DNA from: Candidatus Poribacteria bacterium
Lineage (GTDB): Bacteria; Poribacteria; WGA-4E; WGA-3G
DNA: 64,000 bases
Assembly: GCA_964291315.2 (NCBI GenBank)
Contig: OZ219753.1
Location: forward strand, 3,008,001 to 3,072,000
Direction of reading: 5' to 3'
Positions 19,324 to 30,402 of the stretch are shown in pieces. Under the pieces are notes generated by a model. The model did not search any database. It saw nothing but the letters and a program-made list of their open reading frames with translations, and had not been told where the DNA came from. Each line of letters begins with the position of its first letter. Within the stretch, counting starts at the first letter, position 1. Made by a program: the position numbers and the translations under genes.

Positions 19324-22300
19324 ATGCCCCGTATTTTTGATAACATTGATCACCACTTATTACCTGCCCTGCAACAGGCACTTAAAACTGCCACCCATGC
19401 TGACTTCTGTGTCGGTTATTTCAACCTTCGCGGCTGGAAAGGACTCGCTGCTCATATTGAAAATTGGAAGGGCGGTGACGGGGAATGCTGCCGTTTGCTC
19501 GTTGGGATGCAACGGCTGCCCGAGGAGGAGCTCCGAAAAGTCAAGCGACTCGGTCAGCAAAATGTTGGAATAGACAACCAAACCGCCCTCCGTATCAGAC
19601 AGAGATTAGCGGAGGAGTTTCGAGAACAGTTGACTGTCGGTGTACCAACAGGCACAGACGAAATCGGCTTACGTCAATTGGCAAAACAGTTGCGTGCCGA
19701 AAAAGTAAAGGTAAAGCTTTTTCTGGAACATCCTCTTCATGCAAAACTCTATCTCATCTACCGCCATGACCTGATCGCGCCGACCGTGGGTTATCTTGGC
19801 AGCAGTAACCTAACGCTGGCGGGTCTTTCGCGGCAGGGTGAGCTGAACGTTGACATCGTTGACGCGGATGCTTGCGAAAAATTAAAGGGATGGTTTGAAG
19901 ACCGATGGAACGCCCGATGGTGCATCGATATTTCTAAGGAATTGGTCGAAATTATTGAGCAGAGTTGGGCGCGTGAAGAGCGGGTCTCGCCATATCACAT
20001 CTATGTCAAAATGGCGTACCATTTGTCGCAAGAGGCGCGTGCTGGGTTAACTGAATTTCAGATTCCCCGCGAATTTCAGGATAAATTGTTTGAGTTCCAA
20101 ACGGCGGCGGTCAAAATCGCAGCACATCATCTCAACAAACGCGGAGGGGTTCTCATCGGGGATGTCGTCGGACTCGGCAAAACACTTATGGGAACGGCAC
20201 TTGCACGTATACAAGAAGACGATTATGATCTTGAAACGTTAATTATTTGCCCCAAAAACCTCGTCAACATGTGGGAGAGCTATCGAGAAGAGTACCGTCT
20301 ACGCGGAAGAGTGCTTTCGATGAGCCGCGTTATCAATGAGTTACCAGACCTTCGCCGCTACCGCCTTGTTATGATTGATGAGAGTCACAACCTCAGAAAC
20401 CGGGAAGGTAAACGCTACCGCGCTATTCAGGAATATATCCATGAAAATGAAAGTAAGGTTATCCTCCTCTCCGCAACCCCTTACAACAAAACCTATCTCG
20501 ATCTTTCCAATCAACTCCGTCTATTTCTAGAGGAAACCGAAGACCTCGGTATTAGACCGGAGCAATATATCAAGAGTCTAGGCGGCGAAACGGAGTTCAT
20601 TCGGAAACATCAAAGCGGGGTGCGTACGCTTTCAGCGTTTGAACAGAGCGAATATATCGACGATTGGCGCGAACTCATGCGCCGCTACCTTGTACGCCGA
20701 ACGCGTGGTTTTATCATGCAAAACTATGCAGAAACGGACCCACAGACAGCACAGAAATTTCTTTTGTTTAGCGATGGTAAACGTTCCTATTTCCCGACAC
20801 GTCTGCCTAGAACAGTAAAGTTCGCCATTGATGAGCAAAACTGTGATGACACCTACGCGCAGCTATACTCGTCTTCTGTCGTGAATGTCATTGGCAGCCT
20901 TAAGCTTGCACGGTATGGTCTCGCGAATTACATTGTCGATACAGACACACAAACGCTCACTTCAAATGAGGTAACCAGCCTACAAAATCTCTCTCGTGCC
21001 GGACAGCGGTTAATGGGGTTTTGTCGGACGAACCTTTTTAAACGGCTTGAAAGTAGTGGGCAGGCGTTCATCCAATCCGTTGACCGGCATATCCTCCGAA
21101 ACTATGTTTTTCTTCACGCCATTGAAAACCAAAAACCGCTACCGATTGGATCGCAAAATGCGGATATGCTGGATTCTCGGTTTGAAGATAGAGATGCTGA
21201 TGATGCCACGCTCATATTAGATGCTGGTGATGACGATGACATACAGATAGATAGCACAAATTCACAGACGAACTCATACACAACCTCTGATTATCAGCAA
21301 CGCGCCGCGGCTATCTATCAACTCTACACGACGAAGTATAAAAATCGGTTTAAATGGCTGCGCCCCAGTCTCTTTCATGCCGTGCTTCAGGAAGAGCTGA
21401 CCGGGGATGCAGTCGCACTCATCCAGGTATTGCAACAATACGGTACATGGGACCCCGAAAAGGACGCGAAGCTCAACGCCCTTCAGGCGCTCTTAACCGA
21501 AATACATCCAGGGGATAAGGTTCTAATTTTCACGCAATTTGCGGATACGGTGCAGTATCTGACAGATGCCCTTTCAGCGCGCGGGTTGGCGAAAATCGCC
21601 CCTGCAACCGGCAATTCAGCAGATCCCACGGTTTTAGCATACCGTTTTAGTCCTGTCAGCAACGGCAAACGGAGTACGGTTAAGTCGGAAGACGAATTGC
21701 GGGTGCTTATTAGCACCGATGTGCTGAGTGAAGGGCAGAATTTACAGGATTGTTCAATCGTTGTCAACTATGACTTGCCGTGGGCGATTATACGTTTGGT
21801 CCAACGCGCCGGCAGGGTTGATAGAATTGGGCAAACTGCGGAAAAGATCTTGTGTTATTCATTTCTACCTGCGGATGGGGTCGAGCGCATTATTAACTTG
21901 CGGGACCGCGTCCGCACGCGCCTCCAACAGAATAAGGAAGTTGTCGGCACAGACGAAGCTTTCTTTGAGGACGATGCGGAAGAGGGCAGCCAAACGATCG
22001 TTAATCTCTACAACGAAAAGGCGGGGCTGCTTGATGATGAGCGAGATACCGATGTAGATCTCGCCTCTCACGCGTACCAGATATGGAAAAACGCTATTAC
22101 GCAAGAGCCACATTTAGAAAAGATTGTCTCTGACCTTCCATCTGTTGTTTATTCAACGCAGCCGCATACACCCACCGATAGCGAACCTGAAGGTGCACTC
22201 GTCTATATCCGTACAGGCCAAGAAAACGACGCACTCGCTTGGATAGATAGAGACGGCTCGAACGTAACGGAATCCCAGTTTGCTATTCTGCAAGCGGCAG

Positions 22301-22719
22301 CGTGTGGACCCGATACTGAGGCACTCCACCCCCTTGAAGAGCATCATCGCCTCGTCGAGGAAGCGGCAAAGATGATTGTCTCTGAAGAACGATCTGTTGG
22401 CGGACAGCTCGGACGCCCCTCGGGGGCCCGGTTCCGCACCTATGAACGCTTGAAGGACTACGTTTCATCGGTTGAAGGTACACTCTTTGCAACACCGCAG
22501 CTCAAAAAGGTTATCGAGAATATTTACCGGCACCCGCTGCGACAAAGAGCGACCGATACCCTCAACCGTCAACTCCGCAGCGGTATCTCTAATGAAGACC
22601 TTGTAGCACTGGTGATCGATTTATGGGAAACGGATCGACTCTGTATTATTGATACGGAACAGCAAACGCGAGAACCACAAATTGTGTGTTCATTAGGGCT
22701 CCGCACAAAGGATGCATAA
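19324..22719 (+). CDS. Phospholipase D-family nuclease fused to SF2 (SNF2-like) helicase; restriction/defence subunit
   Basis: 'VGYF', 'HAKLY...GSSNLT'; helicase motifs [40 protein letters not shown]. Confidence 0.9.
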   Translation: MPRIFDNIDHHLLPALQQALKTATHADFCVGYFNLRGWKGLAAHIENWKGGDGECCRLLVGMQRLPEEELRKVKRLGQQNVGIDNQTALRIRQRLAEEFREQLTVGVPTGTDEIGLRQLAKQLRAEKVKVKLFLEHPLHAKLYLIYRHDLIAPTVGYLGSSNLTLAGLSRQGELNVDIVDADACEKLKGWFEDRWNARWCIDISKELVEIIEQSWAREERVSPYHIYVKMAYHLSQEARAGLTEFQIPREFQDKLFEFQTAAVKIAAHHLNKRGGVLIGDVVGLGKTLMGTALARIQEDDYDLETLIICPKNLVNMWESYREEYRLRGRVLSMSRVINELPDLRRYRLVMIDESHNLRNREGKRYRAIQEYIHENESKVILLSATPYNKTYLDLSNQLRLFLEETEDLGIRPEQYIKSLGGETEFIRKHQSGVRTLSAFEQSEYIDDWRELMRRYLVRRTRGFIMQNYAETDPQTAQKFLLFSDGKRSYFPTRLPRTVKFAIDEQNCDDTYAQLYSSSVVNVIGSLKLARYGLANYIVDTDTQTLTSNEVTSLQNLSRAGQRLMGFCRTNLFKRLESSGQAFIQSVDRHILRNYVFLHAIENQKPLPIGSQNADMLDSRFEDRDADDATLILDAGDDDDIQIDSTNSQTNSYTTSDYQQRAAAIYQLYTTKYKNRFKWLRPSLFHAVLQEELTGDAVALIQVLQQYGTWDPEKDAKLNALQALLTEIHPGDKVLIFTQFADTVQYLTDALSARGLAKIAPATGNSADPTVLAYRFSPVSNGKRSTVKSEDELRVLISTDVLSEGQNLQDCSIVVNYDLPWAIIRLVQRAGRVDRIGQTAEKILCYSFLPADGVERIINLRDRVRTRLQQNKEVVGTDEAFFEDDAEEGSQTIVNLYNEKAGLLDDERDTDVDLASHAYQIWKNAITQEPHLEKIVSDLPSVVYSTQPHTPTDSEPEGALVYIRTGQENDALAWIDRDGSNVTESQFAILQAAACGPDTEALHPLEEHHRLVEEAAKMIVSEERSVGGQLGRPSGARFRTYERLKDYVSSVEGTLFATPQLKKVIENIYRHPLRQRATDTLNRQLRSGISNEDLVALVIDLWETDRLCIIDTEQQTREPQIVCSLGLRTKDA

Positions 22720-22745
22720 ACCTACGCGCCCTCCGAAAAACAGTG

Positions 22746-22774
22746 TTGAAAGCCATCTCGTTATCGTGTATAAT
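22746..22774 (+). promoter_or_regulatory. sigma70-type promoter for the methyltransferase
   Basis: TTGAAA-17 nt-TATAAT. Confidence 0.7.
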
Positions 22775-22804
22775 GTGTGAAAACGAATGAATAGGAGAAC
22801 GTCT

Positions 22805-25800
22805 ATGCTTCATCGAGAACAAATTCTTGAATATCTTAGAGCGACTAACTTTAGCGCTCTCTTCACCCAAGCACTCGGTTGGGATCACTACACACAGGCG
22901 CTAAATATCAGCGTAGACACCACCGAGTGGTACCTCTCCGCAGTCGCAGAGAAACGCGGCATGATCGTCTTTGAATGCCACGCAACAGACGCAGATGGAC
23001 AACTCCCCAAGTATGCGCTGCGCCGGAAGATCCAGCAGCAAGTTGCTCGCTCCGCCTATGAGCATATTATCATCTACACCGATGCAAGCAAAACAACGCA
23101 CCTCTGGCAGTGGGTCAGACGAGAGCCGGGCAAGCCGGATGCGTGCCGAGAACACCGGTATCACACGGCACAATCGGGGGAGTCGCTGATACAAAAGTTA
23201 GAGCCGATCGCCTTCAGTCTTGACGAAGAGGCCGAACTGACGCTCTCTGACGTGACAGGGCGCGTCGGGAGCGCGTTCTATGCGGAGCGGGTGACCAAGA
23301 AGTTTTACGATCGCTTCAAGCGAGAGCAGACGGCGTTCTTATCGTTCCTCACGGGCATCCCGGATGCCGAGGTGCAGCGCGCATATGTCTCTATCCTGCT
23401 GAATCGGCTGATGTTCATCTACTTCATTCAGAAGAAGGGGTTTCTCAACAGTGACCCAGACTATCTGCGGCACACGTTGACGGAGACGCAAAAGAGTGGC
23501 AGCGACCGGTACTATAGAGCGTTTCTCTGTCCGCTGTTCTTTGAAGGGTTTGCAAAGCCGGAGGCGGAACGGGGCAGAGCTGTGGTTGGGCTCCTCGGGG
23601 ATGTGCCGTATCTCAACGGCGGCATCTTTGAGCAGCACGCCATAGAGACGCATCACGGGGAGCGTATTGAGATCCCGGATGCGGCGTTTGAGCAGCTCTT
23701 CGGCTTCTTTGATGAGTATCAGTGGCATTTGGACGATCGCCCGTTGAAAAACGACACGGAGATCAACCCGGATGTGCTGGGATATATCTTTGAGAAATAC
23801 ATCAACCAGAAGCAGATGGGTGCCTACTACACGAAGGAAGACATCACCGAGTATATCAGCAAGAACACGATTATTCCGTTTCTCTTTGATGCGGCGCGTC
23901 GGTCGTGTGAGATAGCGTTTGCGGCGGATGGTACGGTGTGGCAGCTGCTGCGAGATGCCCCGGAGCGCTATATCTACCCGGCTGTGAGCAAAGGTGCTGT
24001 GTTAGAGTTGCCGCCCCATATCGCTGCGGGGGTTGCGGATGTCTCTAAGCGCACAGATTGGAACACTGTTGCGCCTTCCGAGTATGCCTTGCCGACCGAG
24101 ATATGGCGGGAAGTCGTTGCGAGACGACAACGCTACGAGATGCTGCGTGCGAAGCTGGTCAACGGAGACATCGGGAGCATCAACGATCTGATTACCTACA
24201 ATCTAGATGTCCGTCAGTTCGCACAAGACGTAATCGCAGGCTGTGAGGGTCCTGAGCTGCTGCGTGCGTTTTGGCAGGCGATCAGACACATCAGCATCCT
24301 GGATCCGACGTGTGGCTCGGGGGCGTTCCTCTTCGCCGCTGTGAATATCCTCGTGCCGCTCTATGAGGCGTGTCTCGACCGAATGCAAGCCTTTCTCAAC
24401 GACGACTCGGGTGCCGGCCGGCGCTATGCTGACTTCCGAGAGACGCTCGGGCGTATAGAGCAGCATCCGAACAGAGCCTATTTTATTCTCAAGTCTATTG
24501 TGATAAATAACCTCTACGGTGTGGACATCATGGCGGAGGCGGTTGAAATCTGTAAGCTCCGGCTCTTCCTGAAGATGGTCTCACAGATTGAAGATGTGCG
24601 GCAGATAGAACCGTTGCCAGACATCGACTTCAACATCCAGTCGGGGAATAGTCTCGTCGGGTTCTCGACGTATGATGCGGTAGAGCGAGCGGTGACGGGC
24701 AAGCTGGACTTTGACAACACGATGCGGCGGCTTCGGGAGAAGGCAGAGGATGTGGATGCGTTGTTCCAAGCGTTTCGCAGGCAACAGACGGCGTTAGGCG
24801 GGGTCGTGACGCGTGCGGATAAGCAGGCATTGCGAGAGAGACTGGGTGTCTTAGAAGATGAGTTGAACATCTATCTTGCGGGTGAGTATGGCGTGAACAC
24901 TTCACATAATATAAGCGGGGGGGGGTAATCACAGATTACCACAAATGGCTTGACACGCATAAGCCCTTCCACTGGTTTATCGCTTTCTACGGCATCCTTA
25001 AAGACGGCGGATTTGATGTCATTATCGGAAACCCGCCCTACATAGAATATAGCAAAGTCAAAAAGGATTACACAGTAAAAGGATACGAAACCGAAACGTG
25101 CGGCAATTTATACGCCTTTGTGTTTGAAAGAAGTTTTCGGCTGCTTCAAAAGAATGGGTGGAAATCAATGATAATCCCGCATTCCGCATACTGCACCGAT
25201 AGAATGGCACCCCTCCAACTTTTATTCCAGCACCATAAATACGCTGCGTGGATGCAAACATATGCTATGAGTCCGTCGAAGCTATTTATCGGAGCAGATC
25301 AACGGTTGGCAATTTATATTCTTCAACAGAGTTCAAAGGCATCCAATCTGTTGTATACATCCGGCTATAACAGATGGAACGAGATATTTCGCGAATATCT
25401 CTTCAGTGTCGCAGAATACGCAGAGGTTACGCATATCTCATTTCAGAATTCTGTGCCGAAAGTCCATAGTGAGCTCGAGCAAAACGTATGGAAGAAACTA
25501 TCTCAGTTCTTAGCTTTAGGCAAACACCTTGACACGAAGCGGGCTCCTTACACAGCATATTACCATAACGCAGCTCGCTATTGGATTCGAGCAATGAACT
25601 TTGTTCCCTACTTTTGGAACGAGCGAGATGGTGAGAAAATCTCAACTCATATTAAACCGTTGTACTTCAGAACCGAGTTAGAGGCATCTGTCGCCACAGC
25701 AACTTTGAACAGCTCGCTTTTTTATTGGTGGTTTGTTCTTCTTTCTAATTGTCGTGACTTAACCTTGCGTGAGGTTAGAAGTTTTCCGATGGGAATAGCT

Positions 25801-26061
25801 CAAATGGAGCAGCAAACCAAGCAGAGCCTTTCCCAGCTGTGCAAGGACTTGATGGTAGATCTAAAGCATCACGCAAAACGCAAGAAAGCGTCCTATAAGA
25901 CCACTGGACAGGTCATCTACGATGAGTTTTATCCGCGGCATTCCAAGCACATTATAGACGAAATAGACCGCGTGCTTGCCAAACATTACGGCTTCAGCGA
26001 TGAGGAATTAGACTTCATCATCAACTATGACATCAAATATCGGGTGGGTTTGAGAGATTGA
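22805..26061 (+). pseudogene. Eco57I/Type IIG-like amino (N6A/N4C) DNA methyltransferase, frameshifted at a G9 tract (ORFs 22805-24928 and 24925-26061)
   Basis: 'LGYIFEKYINQKQMGAYYT' and motif I 'LDPTCGSGAF' in frame 1; 'PFHW...GGFDVIIGNPPY' and TRD-like C-terminus in the -1 frame; RBS aggag before ATG 22805. Confidence 0.85.
24917..24925 (+). repeat. G9 homopolymer at the MTase frameshift
   Basis: ata agc ggg ggg ggg taa; G10 would read ...ggg gta atc aca gat tac and join both ORFs. Confidence 0.9.
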
Positions 26062-26138
26062 TGGAGCCGACCCTAATGCCTTTCAGCTTATCTATTGAGA
26101 GTTCGTTTAGCTGACAGCCACTATGCATTAAAATGCCG

Positions 26139-26167
26139 TTGACAGAAACGGAGTGAGATGCTATAAT
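26139..26167 (+). promoter_or_regulatory. Consensus sigma70 promoter upstream of serA
   Basis: TTGACA-17 nt-TATAAT with extended -10 TG. Confidence 0.85.
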
Positions 26168-26222
26168 TTGAGGGTAGTTCGCAAGCAGTGTGCTGCTATG
26201 ATACGGTGGAGGAACCTGTAGT

Positions 26223-27809
26223 ATGAATAAGGTGCTGGTCAGCGACCTGCTGTCACAGCGAGGTTTGGACGTTCTAAAAGAGAGCGGTGAGTTTGAGGTG
26301 GACGTTATCCTCAATCTCTCGAAGGAGAAGTTGCTGGACCGAATCGCTGACTACGATGCTCTGCTTATCAGAAGTGCAACGAAGGTAACGAAGGACATCA
26401 TTGATGCAGCAACGCGGTTGAAAGTCATCGGACGTGCTGGGGTTGGTGTCGATAACATTGATGTACAGGCAGCGACTCAAAAAGGTATTTTGGTTGTTAA
26501 CACGCCAACCGGAAATACGATCGCCGCAGCGGAACACACAATCGCCATGCTATTGGCGTTGGCGCGGAATATAGTGCCAGCAGGAATTTCGCTGAAAAAC
26601 AGGAATTGGCAGCGGAATAATTTCATTGGTGTCGAGTTGTACGGAAAGGTGTTTGGGACTGTTGGACTCGGCAGGATTGGACGGGAAGTAGCGTACCGCG
26701 CCCAGGCCTTTGAGATGCACGTCATCGCTTATGATCCGTACATTTCAGCGGGTGCAGCGGAAAGAATGGGTATTCGGCTGGTGGACCGGGAAACGCTGTT
26801 TCGGGAGGCTGACTATATCTCTGTCCATACCCACTTGAACACCGAGACTTACCACACTATCGGTGCGTTAGAGTTTGATCTGATGAAACCGAGCTGCCGG
26901 CTAGTTAACTGTGCGCGCGGTGGTATTATTGATGAAGAGGCACTTTATCATGCTCTGAAGACAGGTCAACTTGCTGGTGCTGCGCTGGATGTCTTTGAGA
27001 ACGAACCGGCAACCGATACACCGCTATTAGATTTAGAGAATTTTCTCGCCGTTCCCCACCTCGGAGCATCAACATCTGAGGCACAAGAGCATGTCGCCGT
27101 CGAAGTCGCACAACAGGCGATGAATGCCCTCCGCGGCCAACCTGTCGCTAATGCTGTGAATCAGCCCAAGATTGATCCAAGAATCCTTGATATTTTAGGG
27201 CCTTATCTGGAACTCGCCGAAAAGATTGGCAGCTTTCATACGCAGATTGTTGAGGGACAAATATCAGCGATTAAAATCCACTATCGGGGCACCCTCTTCC
27301 AGCAGGAGGATGTGACCCTGGTGACTGTCGCTTTGCAGAAGGGGCTTTTGGCACCCGTGCTTCGGGACGTAAACTATGTAAATGCGCCCTTCCTAGTAAA
27401 GCAACGCGGAATTGCTGTTACAGAAACAAAGAGCGAAACAGAAACCAACTATGTAAACTCCATTGCAATTACAGTTACAACCGATGAACGAGAGTCAATA
27501 ATTGAAGGTACCGCTTTCGGCAGCAAGGACATCCGCATTGTCAAAATAGATCAACTTCATATAAATGTGAGACCCACGGGATACATTCTTCTCATCTATA
27601 ACCGTGACCAACCCGGTATGATAGGGCTCATGGGCACGATCTTAGGCGAGCACGATATCAACATTGCTGACATGGCGGTCGGACGTTCACAGCTCGGGGA
27701 ACAGGCCGTGACGCTTATTAACGTGGACAGTCATGTGCCTCGACACGTCTTGCAAACAATCGCGGCACAAAACAAGATAGATTTTGTTAAACAGGTCTTT
27801 CTACAGTAG
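26223..27809 (+). CDS. serA: D-3-phosphoglycerate dehydrogenase (ASB + ACT form)
   Basis: IRSATKVT, GRAGVGVDNID, NTIAAAEH, NCARGGIIDE, PHLGASTSEAQ, VNYVNA, ACT 'NRDQPGMIG...INIADM'. Confidence 0.96.
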   Translation: MNKVLVSDLLSQRGLDVLKESGEFEVDVILNLSKEKLLDRIADYDALLIRSATKVTKDIIDAATRLKVIGRAGVGVDNIDVQAATQKGILVVNTPTGNTIAAAEHTIAMLLALARNIVPAGISLKNRNWQRNNFIGVELYGKVFGTVGLGRIGREVAYRAQAFEMHVIAYDPYISAGAAERMGIRLVDRETLFREADYISVHTHLNTETYHTIGALEFDLMKPSCRLVNCARGGIIDEEALYHALKTGQLAGAALDVFENEPATDTPLLDLENFLAVPHLGASTSEAQEHVAVEVAQQAMNALRGQPVANAVNQPKIDPRILDILGPYLELAEKIGSFHTQIVEGQISAIKIHYRGTLFQQEDVTLVTVALQKGLLAPVLRDVNYVNAPFLVKQRGIAVTETKSETETNYVNSIAITVTTDERESIIEGTAFGSKDIRIVKIDQLHINVRPTGYILLIYNRDQPGMIGLMGTILGEHDINIADMAVGRSQLGEQAVTLINVDSHVPRHVLQTIAAQNKIDFVKQVFLQ

Positions 27810-27868
27810 CGTAGATTTTGTGTCTTTACCGGAATAGTGTATAGACCCATGAAAAAAGGACAGAACAC

Positions 27869-29272
27869 TTGGATGCCAAACAGAAATGCCTATTTATTAA
27901 TAACGAAATTCCGAAGGCAAAATTATTCGAAAGCGAAAAACGGGAGGTACACCGAGACTGCAATACGTCATGGCGTATCTCGCCAGAACCATTTTGGATC
28001 ACTGATACCGACTTAAAATGGTTTGAAGAGCTCGGTCCCCATCTTTTAAGTTTCTATCGAGCATGCAATCTACTCTATTCACAGAGCGTTCGCGGGATTC
28101 AACCTGCCTGGGTGGCTGAATACTTAGAACTCGGGAAACCGGAGATGGTCGTTCAATATGGACGGATGAACCGTTTTAAGAGTCAATTACCTGGGGTACT
28201 ACGTCCCGACATCCTTCCAACTGCTGACGGCATGACGATTACAGAACTAGATTCAATTCCGGGTTTCATTGGGGCGACGGGGTGCCTCGGACGTTTATAT
28301 GCACAACTCGGCTATTCTATTATTGGCGGCAGCGATGGAATGGTGGACGGATACGCCGAGATGATCCGGACTTTGACAAACATAGATGAGCCTACGCTTG
28401 CAATTGTGGTCTCGGATGAATCACAAGATTATTGGGCAGAGATGGTGTGGTTGGCTGCAGCACTTTCTCAAGCGGGAATACAAACCTTCACTGTCAAGCC
28501 ACAAGAGATAATTTTCACTGAAAATGGATTGTTTGTTGAAAGCACATCACGGAAGATAGCAATTGACGTAGTTTACCGATTCTATGAGTTATTTGACTTG
28601 TTGAACATTCCGAAAGTGGAATTAATGTTTTATAGCGCGAAGAAACGGACGGTCGTGATGACCCCGCCCCCCAAAGCGTATTTAGAAGAGAAATTGTGTC
28701 TCGCGCTTTTCCATCATCCTGCACTCCAAACATTTTGGAAACGTCAACTCGGCAGAAAAACTTATCCGTTCTTACAAACAGCGATCCCGGCAACATGGAT
28801 TATGGATGCGCGGCCTCTGCCGCCGCATGCAGTGATTCCGAACTTAGAAGTGAATGGAGAGTCCGTAGCGGATTGGCGGCAGTTAGGTGCTCTAACACAG
28901 CGACAACGGAAAATGGTTATCAAACCCTCGGGTTTTTCCGAATTGGCGTGGGGCAGCCGCGGTGTGGCGATTGGACACGACATCCCAACAGAGGAGTGGG
29001 TAGACATCATTCAGAAAAGCCTTGAGAATTTTGAGAAAAGCCCGCACATCCTCCAGAAGTTCCACACTGCTGAAAGGGTGCGGATGCAGTATTACGATTT
29101 CGAGAGTGGAGATATGCAAGAGATGGCATGCCGCCCGCTACTCCGCCCATACTATTTCGTGGTCGAAAATACGGTGAAACTCGGCGGTATGCAAGCTGCT
29201 GTCTGTCCTGCGGATAAGAAAATCTTACACGGGATGGTGGACTCTATTATCGTGCCGTGTGCACATAAGTAA
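27869..29272 (+). CDS. Uncharacterised ATP-grasp-like protein (glutathionylspermidine synthase-like fold)
   Basis: 'LRPDI...ITELDSIPG', 'DVVYRFYELFD', 'VIKPSGFSELAWGSRGV', 'ILQKF'; TTG start with RBS. Confidence 0.6.
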   Translation: MDAKQKCLFINNEIPKAKLFESEKREVHRDCNTSWRISPEPFWITDTDLKWFEELGPHLLSFYRACNLLYSQSVRGIQPAWVAEYLELGKPEMVVQYGRMNRFKSQLPGVLRPDILPTADGMTITELDSIPGFIGATGCLGRLYAQLGYSIIGGSDGMVDGYAEMIRTLTNIDEPTLAIVVSDESQDYWAEMVWLAAALSQAGIQTFTVKPQEIIFTENGLFVESTSRKIAIDVVYRFYELFDLLNIPKVELMFYSAKKRTVVMTPPPKAYLEEKLCLALFHHPALQTFWKRQLGRKTYPFLQTAIPATWIMDARPLPPHAVIPNLEVNGESVADWRQLGALTQRQRKMVIKPSGFSELAWGSRGVAIGHDIPTEEWVDIIQKSLENFEKSPHILQKFHTAERVRMQYYDFESGDMQEMACRPLLRPYYFVVENTVKLGGMQAAVCPADKKILHGMVDSIIVPCAHK

Positions 29273-29291
29273 CAAGAAAGGTAATTTCAGT

Positions 29292-30116
29292 ATGAAGCTC
29301 AGTGAGCAGCAATTAGCACAGTTCCGCAATGCCGGTTATCTTGCAATTGAGGGGTTTTTTAACGCCACTGAGGCGAAAGCTCTCCGATTGGAATTGGAAC
29401 GGATTTACGATACAGAGCTCAAAAATAGAACAGGTATTAACTGCGCGGTGCAAGCAGACGGTACTAAACGCGACAACGAAGGGGAACGACAGAACCTACA
29501 AGTCATCCCACTCAACAGCCGTAGCGACTTGCACAAAGCCTTGCCATTTCACCCAAAGGTCATCTGCGCCGTTGAGCAGCTCATTGGAGATGAATTTATG
29601 TTAGAGCTAGATCAGGCGTTCTGGAAACCCGCAAAGGTTGGTATCGGCACAAGTTGGCATCAAGATAACGCCTATTTCAAGATCGCGGATCCGTTGCGCG
29701 GCACGGCGATGTGGATCGCTATCCACGACGCGAATGTCGAGAACGGGTGCATGCACGTTATTCCGAGCAGCCATAGAGTGACCTATGAACACTACCGTGA
29801 CCCGTTGAGTGATCACCACATTCGGTGTGATCCGCCTGAAGAGTGTGCAGTGCCGATTGAATTGAAAGCGGGGGGTGTGCTTTTCTTCTGCTACGGTGTG
29901 GCACACTGCACGAAGTCTAACCGCTCTGATACGGAACGCGCAGGAGTCGCGCTTCATTTCCTCCACAACGATTTTGGGGGACGTGAACTCTGGGAAGACA
30001 ACAATACAACCAAACCGATGCTTCGCGGACCCCTTGCAACAGGGGGCGAAACCGAGTTCGGTGAGAAGTTTGAAGGCAGATGGGAAGAGTTGATGAACGC
30101 GGTGCTTCGGAGCTGA
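29292..30116 (+). CDS. Phytanoyl-CoA dioxygenase (PhyH) family 2OG-Fe(II) oxygenase
   Basis: WHQDNAY, WIAIHDA...NGCMHVIPSSH, distal H in 'AHCTKSN'. Confidence 0.9.
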   Translation: MKLSEQQLAQFRNAGYLAIEGFFNATEAKALRLELERIYDTELKNRTGINCAVQADGTKRDNEGERQNLQVIPLNSRSDLHKALPFHPKVICAVEQLIGDEFMLELDQAFWKPAKVGIGTSWHQDNAYFKIADPLRGTAMWIAIHDANVENGCMHVIPSSHRVTYEHYRDPLSDHHIRCDPPEECAVPIELKAGGVLFFCYGVAHCTKSNRSDTERAGVALHFLHNDFGGRELWEDNNTTKPMLRGPLATGGETEFGEKFEGRWEELMNAVLRS

Positions 30117-30314
30117 CTTTTCCGTATGAGACTTCGCAATTGGCCCCTGTATTTTTTTAACAAACTGACGAGCTACAGACCGATAGCGGAACTCCGCCGA
30201 GAATGGCGGTTAGATTGATATATTTCGCTGCACCACTTCTCTTTCTGAAACCCGCGCGTCCGAGATAATAAAGGCATCGGGTCTGCCGCTGTCCATATCA
30301 GTAAAAAAAATAGG

Positions 30315-30342
30315 TTGCATTCCCCTGTCTTCGTGGTATGCT
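30315..30342 (+). promoter_or_regulatory. Probable sigma70-type promoter
   Basis: TTGCAT-16 nt-TATGCT with extended TG. Confidence 0.45.
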
Positions 30343-30402
30343 CTAACCACTTTCGAACAAGTTCGTATCTTTGATAGAAAAAACCATAGGAGAAGCTGTA
30401 AA

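Noticed and set aside
25120-26061. Independent 313-aa gene
   Set aside because: The frame is open from 24910 and contains the MTase NPPY motif upstream of this GTG; it is the C-terminal half of the frameshifted MTase.
19204-26222. Integrative element or prophage around the defence genes
   Set aside because: No integrase, tRNA or flanking direct repeats found by eye.
30354-30365. cgaac-aa-gttcg palindrome as a LexA (Cheo) box
   Set aside because: The spacer is 2 nt rather than GAAC-N4-GTTC, and the downstream gene is not an SOS gene.
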